NCBI GenBank assembly: GCA_963792415.1
Contig: CAWBVY010000001.1
Location: 288,001-352,000 of the forward strand
Source of the DNA: Candidatus Deferrimicrobiaceae bacterium
Lineage (GTDB): Bacteria > Desulfobacterota > Deferrimicrobia > Deferrimicrobiales > Deferrimicrobiaceae
Direction: 5' to 3'
DNA: 64,000 nucleotides
In this document: positions 14,484-21,765 of the stretch, piece after piece
How positions within the stretch are numbered: position 1 is the first letter of the stretch
Layout of the letters: every line of letters begins with the position of its first letter
The notes under the pieces: generated by a model
The model's database searches: none
Told to the model about the DNA's origin: nothing
What the model saw: only the letters and a program-made list of their open reading frames with translations
Translations under genes and position numbers: made by a program

Positions 14484-14870
14484 CTAACAGCAGCCTGCCG
14501 CACGACCCGCAGTTGTTCGTATCAGGCGTTCCGGAATGGCTTCGTATACTGTCCCTTCTTGCTCCACCGTCCGACATGCGACATCTTCTTCTCCGGTCAG
14601 GTCGCAGCAGGATGCGCACGAACTCTCCCCTCCGCTCGCCCCCGGGACAAGGGACTCAATGGGAATCCCGTTGAAGAGGATCTGATTAGATTGCCGGATC
14701 TCACCCGCCCCCAATAACGTTTCCTTGAATGCCACCCGGATGCCGCTCTCCTCGCACTCGCTGGTCAGCACCTTAACCACCTCGGCTAGTGTTCTTCCAG
14801 TATCCTCGCAGCGAATGCAAGTTGCCCCTTCCTTGTCCAGATGCCTCCACTCTATCTCCAAAGTCTTCAT
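14484..14870 (-). CDS. DUF2703-like Cys-rich thioredoxin-fold protein, often found near heavy-metal/arsenic genes
   Basis: IEWRHLD..G.TCIRC..TG, SNQILFNG, SCASCC, CRTVE..G..YE.IP. Confidence 0.75.
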   Translation of the reverse strand: MKTLEIEWRHLDKEGATCIRCEDTGRTLAEVVKVLTSECEESGIRVAFKETLLGAGEIRQSNQILFNGIPIESLVPGASGGESSCASCCDLTGEEDVACRTVEQEGTVYEAIPERLIRTTAGRAAGCC

Positions 14871-15303
14871 CCTAATCACCTCCCACCAGGACGGTTAACA
14901 GATGCCCCACAATCAGGATACACCCACCACCCACACAAGATGAGGGAAGTTAGGCCACAACGCAATCCACTCCTATATGACCGAATTAATGGAGAATATC
15001 GCGCACGATGTCTTCCGGATAAAAAGACGGAAATCCCGCCATCAATTTCAAATACATCGGGAAAATTAGATTAAGCGGGTCCCAATTCTGGCTGCCATCA
15101 TGTTCGATGGGGTATGCAAACCCCAAGACGATTATGATCTACGTGTATTTGGGGAAATCGTGCATTAGCTAGCAGAGTGAGAAACTCAATGGTACTCGCT
15201 TGCTCCAGTGACAAAGCCTCTATGATGGTCGTGGGCCGGATTGTGTGATTGCCTTCGGGCGGCGACTTTTCCGGCTTTCGCAATCCGGCCCGTTTACCTC
15301 AGT

Positions 15304-15762
15304 CTACATTCCCCCCTCGGATTTCTTCAGCTCCCCCTTAGCCCATTTTTCCAAAGGTTTCGGGTTCGGTTTGTACCAGTGGGATTTATCGGTCCAGACG
15401 TAGGTGGCATGGATTTTGTTTCCTTGGACCGTTCCCTCCCAGTGAATCTTTCCTTTCTTCTCGCTGGTCGTGTCCGCCACGAACTTTATGGTGTCCCCCT
15501 CTACCGTAGCCATATAAGGAGCTTCACTGAAGCCGTACTGGTCGCACTCGACCGAACGGAATTTTCCATCCTTGAAAACCAGCGTATCCGTTCCTTTCGC
15601 CTCCTTCCCCTTTTCCCCCTGCTGGACCACGAAGGTCTTCCCGTCCAGCGCACCACCCGCCGATTCATGATGTGCCCCGATTGCCAACCTCCCACCACCT
15701 GCCACAAGCAGAAAAACCCCTAAAACCGAAAAAATCCGCTTCAAATAGCCTGTCGATCCCAT
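15304..15762 (-). CDS. Exported hypothetical protein, small beta-rich
   Basis: AAGGAGG RBS and signal peptide; LDGKTF..DTLVFKDGKFRS.EC..YGF. Confidence 0.7.
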   Translation of the reverse strand: MGSTGYLKRIFSVLGVFLLVAGGGRLAIGAHHESAGGALDGKTFVVQQGEKGKEAKGTDTLVFKDGKFRSVECDQYGFSEAPYMATVEGDTIKFVADTTSEKKGKIHWEGTVQGNKIHATYVWTDKSHWYKPNPKPLEKWAKGELKKSEGGM

Positions 15763-16011
15763 ATCCCGTTTCCTCCTTTAATAGTCGCCCAATTTGTGTT
15801 TTATTTCAGCCACCTTCCCGTTAGACAGAAATAGATCCGCAATTTTCAAAATTAGATTCCTCCAAACTTGATAATGATTCTTTGGAGATAAAAAATCCTG
15901 TCGCGATCATACATGGAGTGACCAGCCCATATTCGAATCGGTCCGTTGAACGATAAACTCTCTCGTTCCCCATGCTTCCCTTGAGGGTATTGGCTTACCG
16001 CAGCAGTGCGA

Positions 16012-16062
16012 TGGTGCCGAAGGGAGGACTCGAACCCCCACGGGTCTCCCCACCACCCCCAT
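16012..16062 (-). repeat. tRNA-Leu 3'-half copy A, 900 bp from the tRNA end
   Basis: TGGTGCCGAAGGGAGGACTCGAACCCCCACGGGTCTCCCCACCACCCCC. Confidence 0.9.
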
Positions 16063-16367
16063 CAACACCATCCCCGCCCCCCCCTTTCGCCCCGAAAAAC
16101 GACGATATTTGCAAGGGGTTTGCGATACATCACGAGCGAAGATCCTGGTCACCCACCCCAAGCCCCAGTGCTGCGCGGTTCTCTCTTCCGTGAGCGCGGA
16201 GATCGCCATGCCAGGGCTTACGCACCCTCTCGACGGTGACGTCCGCGTCCTCAGAACTTCCTTTCCCGCAGCACCGGCAGGCAGGTTCCCGCATCAAAAT
16301 ACTGATCCTTCCGGCGACCTCCCGTCGCAGGACTCATAATGGTCCTCAGGACAAGGGGGTAACGAAG

Positions 16368-16808
16368 ATGATGAGAACGTTAGTCGGAACCGTACTGCTG
16401 TTGCTGGGGGCGTCCGCCTTCGCCGCGGAGAGCTCGGACATGCCGAAGGTGCTCTCGAACGCGGACTGGTCGAAGATGGAAACCGTCACCGTGACGATGA
16501 CCGAATACGCCTTCTCGCCTTCCCGTGTTCTCCTGAAGGCCGGGACACCGACGAAGCTCGTACTCCGCAACGAGGGGAAGGAGCACCACTACTTCGTCGC
16601 GGAGAAGTTCTTCGGTACGATCGCCACCCGCAAGGTCCAGGGGTCGGACGGGGAGGTGAAGACGCCGCTCCTGACAGCGGCGGAGGTGTACGCCGGGAAA
16701 AGTCTGGAGTGGTTCCTGGTGCCCACGGAGAAGGGGACGTTCGACCTGGTGTGCACCGTCAAGGGACACGCCGACCGCGGGATGAAGGGGACGATCGAGG
16801 TCCGCTGA
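16368..16808 (+). CDS. Periplasmic cupredoxin (blue copper-like) protein
   Basis: Signal peptide; EYAFSP, NEG..HHY, CTVKGHADRGM type-1 Cu ligands. Confidence 0.85.
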   Translation: MMRTLVGTVLLLLGASAFAAESSDMPKVLSNADWSKMETVTVTMTEYAFSPSRVLLKAGTPTKLVLRNEGKEHHYFVAEKFFGTIATRKVQGSDGEVKTPLLTAAEVYAGKSLEWFLVPTEKGTFDLVCTVKGHADRGMKGTIEVR

Positions 16809-16830
16809 CCATCGAGGGCTGTACACCCAC

Positions 16831-16900
16831 GAGCCACAAATGAGCCAGTCGGCCCCTTTTTAGAAAAAAAGGGACTTCGGCGGAAATCCGAAATCCCTTT
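16831..16900 (-). terminator. Hairpin/terminator downstream of the tRNA plus AGCCACAAATGAGCCA direct repeat (putative integrase arm-type site)
   Basis: AAAAAAAGGGACTTCGG-cggaaat-CCGAAATCCCTTT; same module at 14350, 13057, 12311. Confidence 0.7.
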
Positions 16901-16911
16901 CATTATTGCGA

Positions 16912-16996
16912 TGGTGCCGAAGGCGGGATTTGAACCCGCACGGGTCTCCCCACCACCCCCTCAAGATGGCGTGTCTGCCAGTTCCACCACTTCGGC
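16912..16996 (-). tRNA. tRNA-Leu(GAG)
   Basis: GCCGAAGTGGTGGAACTGGCAGACACG CCATC-TTGAGGG-GGTGG, long variable arm, GGTTCAAATCCC, CCA end; 85 nt. Confidence 0.96.
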
Positions 16997-17014
16997 GCGT
17001 TGCTGCGGAGAAAT

Positions 17015-17043
17015 ATAGTATCCACCCTCCCGTCGAAAATCAA
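17015..17043 (-). promoter_or_regulatory. Candidate sigma70 promoter of tRNA-Leu
   Basis: Minus strand TTGATT-N17-TACTAT, ~20 nt upstream of the tRNA. Confidence 0.55.
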
Positions 17044-17178
17044 TATGGAGAGTTCGGCGAGCGGCAGGCGCGACTCCGGGTTCCGCCCATCGATGTCCGG
17101 TTGAACGTTTTTCTTCCAAAATCGACCGCATCCCTGTACTCTTTTCCGGGAAATCTCATACCTTAGCGGGGGACGGTC

Positions 17179-19017
17179 ATGGCGGAAGAAGAAGCGCCGC
17201 GTCGCGGCGGCTTGTACCGGAACGTAATCAGTCTTGCCGGGGCGCTCATCTCCGGGGGAAGCATCCTCCTCATCATCTTCGCGCTCGCGCTCGAGTACAG
17301 CGCCAAGCGGCCCAGCCCCTACATCGGCATCTTCACCTACATGCTGTTCCCGATGTTCTTCGCCCTGGGCGCCGCCGTCTTCCTGTACGGGATGCGGCAC
17401 GAGAGCCTGCGCCGGCGCAGCGCGCAGCGCGAGGATGCGCTCGCATACCCCCTGGTCGACCTGAACATCCCGAGGCACCGGAAACGGTTCATCTACGTCG
17501 TGCTCGGGGGAACGTTCCTCTCCGTGTTCATGGCGTTCGTGACGTACAACGCCTTCCTGTACACCGAGTCCGTCCCGTTCTGCGGCACCCTGTGCCACAC
17601 GGTGATGCAGCCCGAATACACGTCCTACCTCGCATCCCCCCATGCGCGGGTGGCCTGCGTGGATTGCCACGTCGGTCACGGCGCCTCCTGGTACGTCAAG
17701 GCGAAGATCTCGGGGCTGCGCCAGGTGCTCGCCGTGGCGACGGGATCGTACCCCACCCCCATTCCCACCCCGATCGAGAACCTGCGCCCGGCGCGGGAGA
17801 CGTGCGAGGAGTGCCACTGGCCCGACAAATTCTTCGGGACCCAGCTGATGCAGAATCCCCACTTCCGGTACAACGAGGCGAACACCGCGGAGCAGATCAG
17901 CCTCGGCGTGAAGACGGGGGGCGGCAGTTCGTCGCTGGGCGGGACCGCGGGGATCCACTGGCACATGATCATCAAGAACCGGGTCAGCTACGTCGCAACG
18001 GACCGGCAGAAGCAGGAGATCCCGTATCTCGAGGTTCGCGACGCGCAGGGGAACCTGGAGGAGACGTACACCAGCCTCGACTACAAGGGGACCCAGGAGC
18101 AGCTCGCGACCCTCCCCAAGGACATCATGGACTGCATGGACTGCCACAACCGGCCGACGCACATATACCAACCCCCGGACACCGCCGTGGACCGCGCCAT
18201 GACCACGGGGCTCATCCCCCGGACGCTCCCATGGGCAAAGAAGGTGGTCGTGGACGCCCTGGTCCGCGAATACCCCACGACCGAAAAGGCCCACGAGGGG
18301 CTCACCGCCGAGATCGAGGGGTTCTACCGCCAGAAGTACCCCTCCGTCTTCCAGGCGCGCAAGGCCGACGTGGAGAAGACGGTCGCCCAGGCGATCGCCA
18401 TCTTCGACCGCAGCGTCTTCCCCGACATGAAGGTGAACTGGAAGACGTACACCTCCAACATCGGGCACCGGAACTGGCCGGGCTGTTTCCGCTGCCACGA
18501 CAGCCGGCACGTGTCCAAGAAGGGGAAGGTCCTCAGCATGGGGTGCACGGAGTGCCACACGATGCCGGAGCGGGGACCCCTCATGCCGCTGGGATCCGTT
18601 TCCCCGGACAGCAAGATGCCGTGGCACCCCGTGCAACTGCAGGGGAAACACGCCCGGATCCTGTGCAACCAGTGCCACTCCGCGGGCTACCGACCGCCGT
18701 CCGAGTGCGCCGAGTGCCACAAGTTCGACACCTCCGCCCCGATGATGAAGATGGCGTGCACGGACTGCCATCAGAAACCGGGGGAGGCGAAACCGTACAC
18801 CGCGTGCAAGGAGTGCCACGACACGGTGCGTGGGCTGCACACCAAGGGTGGACACCCCGAGGCCGCCTGCATGGAGTGCCACAAGCCGCACGAGTGGGCC
18901 GTCGTTGGGCGCGACCCTTGCCTTGCGTGCCACAGCGACATGAAGGAGCACAACGCCGCGAAGGGCGCGTGCGTCTCCTGTCACTCGTTCCGGGAGGGGA
19001 AACAGGCGAAGAAGTGA
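17179..19017 (+). CDS. NapC/NirT-family inner-membrane multiheme cytochrome (ImcH-like) with C-terminal heme extension
   Basis: 3 N-terminal TM helices; 12 CxxCH plus one CxxxCH (CGTLCH). Confidence 0.85.
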   Translation: MAEEEAPRRGGLYRNVISLAGALISGGSILLIIFALALEYSAKRPSPYIGIFTYMLFPMFFALGAAVFLYGMRHESLRRRSAQREDALAYPLVDLNIPRHRKRFIYVVLGGTFLSVFMAFVTYNAFLYTESVPFCGTLCHTVMQPEYTSYLASPHARVACVDCHVGHGASWYVKAKISGLRQVLAVATGSYPTPIPTPIENLRPARETCEECHWPDKFFGTQLMQNPHFRYNEANTAEQISLGVKTGGGSSSLGGTAGIHWHMIIKNRVSYVATDRQKQEIPYLEVRDAQGNLEETYTSLDYKGTQEQLATLPKDIMDCMDCHNRPTHIYQPPDTAVDRAMTTGLIPRTLPWAKKVVVDALVREYPTTEKAHEGLTAEIEGFYRQKYPSVFQARKADVEKTVAQAIAIFDRSVFPDMKVNWKTYTSNIGHRNWPGCFRCHDSRHVSKKGKVLSMGCTECHTMPERGPLMPLGSVSPDSKMPWHPVQLQGKHARILCNQCHSAGYRPPSECAECHKFDTSAPMMKMACTDCHQKPGEAKPYTACKECHDTVRGLHTKGGHPEAACMECHKPHEWAVVGRDPCLACHSDMKEHNAAKGACVSCHSFREGKQAKK

Positions 19018-19030
19018 CCGGAAGGCGAGG

Positions 19031-20275
19031 CTATTCGCCGTCGCGCCTCTCCCGGGGGAGGGCCCCGGGGACGATCCCCCCGGGCCCGAACTTCTCCCGG
19101 ATCCGGTCCACCGCGCGGTTGAGCTTTTCCTTCTTCTCCGGGTCCACGGCGATCGGGGGGCCCGGTTTCCCCGCACGCGGACGGCCGAAGAGACCGAGCT
19201 GCTCCATCCGGTCCACCTTCGGCGGACCCGCCGCCGCGACGAGCTTCGACACCGAGATCCCAAGGAGCCGAACGGGCCGGGCTCCCGCTTCGGTGTCTTG
19301 CAGCAGGTCGAGCGCGCACCGGTAGATCGTTCCACCGTCGTCGGTGGGGTCGGACAGGGTGATCGCCCGGGTCACCTGGACGAAGTCGTGGTACTTCACC
19401 TTCAGCGTGACCGTCTTCCCCCGGATCCCCCCGCGACGCAGGCGCGACGACACCCGGTCGGAGAGCGAGAGCAGCTCCCGACGCATCGCCCCGCGATCGC
19501 GCAGATCGTGGTCGTAGGTGTCTTCGTGACCGACCGACTTCGCCTCGCGCTCCGTCTCGACGGGGCGGTCGTCGATCCCGCGGGCCAGCGCGTGCAGGTG
19601 CTCCCCGTGCGCGCCGAAGGTTCGCACCAGCGTCTCCCGCGGCGAGCGGCGCAGATCGCCGATCGTCCGGATCCCCCGCCCCAGGAGCGCCTCCTCCGTC
19701 ACCTTCCCCACTCCCCACAGCTTCCCCACCGGAAGAGGGTCCAGGAATTCCCGCTCTTTCCCGGGGGGGACGACCGTGAGGCCGTCCGGCTTCCCGAGAT
19801 CCGAAGCGATCTTCGCGAGGAACTTGTTCCGGGCCACGCCGGCGGAGACGGTCAGCCCGGCCTCTTCCCGCACCGCCGCCCTGATCTTGCGCGCCACCGC
19901 TTCCGCGCCCCCGAAGAGCCGTTCGCACCCCGTGACGTCGAGGAACGCCTCGTCGATGGAGAGCGGCTCCACCAGGGGGGAGAATCGCCGGTAGATCGCG
20001 AAGACCGCGTCGGACATCTCCGCGTAGCGGGACATGCGGACGGGAAGGAAGATCCCCTTCGGGCAGAGCCGCTTCGCGGTCGCCGTCGGCATCGCCGAGT
20101 GAACCCCGAACCTGCGCGCCTCGTACGATGCCGCCGCCACGACGCCGCGACGCTCGTCGCCGCCGACGATCACCGGCTTCCCGCGGAGCTCCGGGCGGTC
20201 GAGGACCTCGACCGAGCAGTAGAACGCGTCGAGATCCAGGTGCAGGATGCTCCGGTCCGCGAGAGGCGCGTTCAT
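19031..20275 (-). CDS. dinB: DNA polymerase IV
   Basis: ILHLDLDAFYCSVE, ASYEAR, SIDEA, AKIASD..KPDG. Confidence 0.95.
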   Translation of the reverse strand: MNAPLADRSILHLDLDAFYCSVEVLDRPELRGKPVIVGGDERRGVVAAASYEARRFGVHSAMPTATAKRLCPKGIFLPVRMSRYAEMSDAVFAIYRRFSPLVEPLSIDEAFLDVTGCERLFGGAEAVARKIRAAVREEAGLTVSAGVARNKFLAKIASDLGKPDGLTVVPPGKEREFLDPLPVGKLWGVGKVTEEALLGRGIRTIGDLRRSPRETLVRTFGAHGEHLHALARGIDDRPVETEREAKSVGHEDTYDHDLRDRGAMRRELLSLSDRVSSRLRRGGIRGKTVTLKVKYHDFVQVTRAITLSDPTDDGGTIYRCALDLLQDTEAGARPVRLLGISVSKLVAAAGPPKVDRMEQLGLFGRPRAGKPGPPIAVDPEKKEKLNRAVDRIREKFGPGGIVPGALPRERRDGE

Positions 20276-21126
20276 GCCCGCGATTGCAGGTAGTAGGAGC
20301 TTCGGACGAGAGGGCCGGACAGGACACTGGCGAAGCCGATCCCGCGCGCCTCCTCCGCGAGGAGGTCGAACCGTTCCGGGGAGACATATTCCGACAGCGG
20401 GAGATGGTCCCTTGAAGGCGGCAGGTATTGCCCCACCGTGATCGAGCGGCACCCAGCGGAGAACAGGTCCCGGAAGACCGCCGTCACTTCCTCCCCGGTC
20501 TCCCCGAACCCGACCATGATCCCGGATTTGAGCGGCAGGGAGGGGCGCATCGCGGCGGCGCGGCGGAGAAGATCGATGGACCGGTCGTACGCCGATCCCT
20601 TCCGGACGCTCGGGTAGAGGCGCGGGACGGTCTCCACGTTGTGGGCGAGTACGTCGGGGGCGGCGTCGACGACGCACCGAAGCGCGTCGGCGTTTCCGGC
20701 GAAGTCCGGGACCAGCAGTTCGACGGCGGCCCCCGGCGCTTCCCGCCGGAGCGCGCGGACAACGGCGGCGAAGTGCGCCGCCCCCCCGTCGGGGAGGTCG
20801 TCGCGGGTGACGGAGGTGACGACCACGTGCCGCCAGGAGAGCTCCGCCGCCGCCCTCGCCACGCGGTCGGGCTCGGAGGGATCCGGCGGAGCGGGCGCCC
20901 CCGCGGAAACGAAGCAGAAGGCGCAACCCCTCGTGCAGACGTCCCCCAGCAGGATCACGGTCGCCGTCCCGGCTCCCCAGCACTCCCCGACGTTGGGGCA
21001 CCGCGCTTCGCGGCACACCGTGCGGAGGCCGTGCCGGGCGAGCGTCGCCGACACCTCCTCGACGCGCTTTCCGGAAGGGGCGCGGACCTTCAGCCAGTCG
21101 GGGCGCGGGGCGCGGTCCGGGTTCAC
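20272..21126 (-). CDS. lipA: Lipoyl synthase
   Basis: CREARCPNVGEC, CTRGCAFC, VRSSY. Confidence 0.95.
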   Translation of the reverse strand: MNPDRAPRPDWLKVRAPSGKRVEEVSATLARHGLRTVCREARCPNVGECWGAGTATVILLGDVCTRGCAFCFVSAGAPAPPDPSEPDRVARAAAELSWRHVVVTSVTRDDLPDGGAAHFAAVVRALRREAPGAAVELLVPDFAGNADALRCVVDAAPDVLAHNVETVPRLYPSVRKGSAYDRSIDLLRRAAAMRPSLPLKSGIMVGFGETGEEVTAVFRDLFSAGCRSITVGQYLPPSRDHLPLSEYVSPERFDLLAEEARGIGFASVLSGPLVRSSYYLQSRA

Positions 21127-21749
21127 GCGAACCCCTCCAGATGGCGGCTGCAGGCGGCGGCCACCGCCTCGCGCACCGCCTCCATCGCCGGGGCGCTTCC
21201 CGTCTCCTCGGCGATCGACGTCGCTTCCCGCCCCTTCAGGCCGCAGAGGTGGATCCGACGGAACCGGGAAAGATCGGTCGCCACGTTCAGGGCGAAGCCG
21301 TGGTAGGTGACCCACTTCCGGATGCCGACGCCGATGGAGGCGATCTTCCGCTCCCCCGCCCACACGCCCGTCAGCCCCTCGATCCGCCGGGACGCGACGC
21401 CGAACACGCGCACGGCGTCGATCAGCGCCGCCTCGATCGACCGGACGAACCTGTGGACGTCCGGCTTCTCCATCAGGACGATCGGGTAGCCGACCAGCTG
21501 CCCCGGACCATGGTAGGTGATGTCTCCGCCCCGCCCGACGCGCTCCACCGGGATCCCCTCCGCCGCGAGCGATTCCCTCGGGACGAGCAGGTTCGCCTCG
21601 TCACCCGAGCGGCCCAGGGTGTAGACGTGCGGGTGGGTGAGAAGAAGCAGGGTGTCCCCGATCCGCCGGGCTGCCCTGCGGTCCAGCCAGGAGAGCTGGA
21701 GGTCGAGCGCCTCCCGGTACCCGACCTCCCCCAGCCAGACGGTCTCCAC
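21123..21749 (-). CDS. lipB: Octanoyltransferase
   Basis: HPHVYTLG, RGGDITYHGPGQLVGYP, KIASIG, HGFALN. Confidence 0.93.
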   Translation of the reverse strand: METVWLGEVGYREALDLQLSWLDRRAARRIGDTLLLLTHPHVYTLGRSGDEANLLVPRESLAAEGIPVERVGRGGDITYHGPGQLVGYPIVLMEKPDVHRFVRSIEAALIDAVRVFGVASRRIEGLTGVWAGERKIASIGVGIRKWVTYHGFALNVATDLSRFRRIHLCGLKGREATSIAEETGSAPAMEAVREAVAAACSRHLEGFA

Positions 21750-21765
21750 GGGGCGCCCTTTCTCC

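Noticed and set aside
12407-16062. Additional functional tRNA genes
   Set aside because: The copies lack the 5' acceptor strand and D-arm.
11614-16996. CRISPR array or classical integron interpretation of the repeated units
   Set aside because: The repeats are tRNA-derived and separated by whole genes. No cas genes, intI or attC-type GTTRRRY hairpins were recognised.
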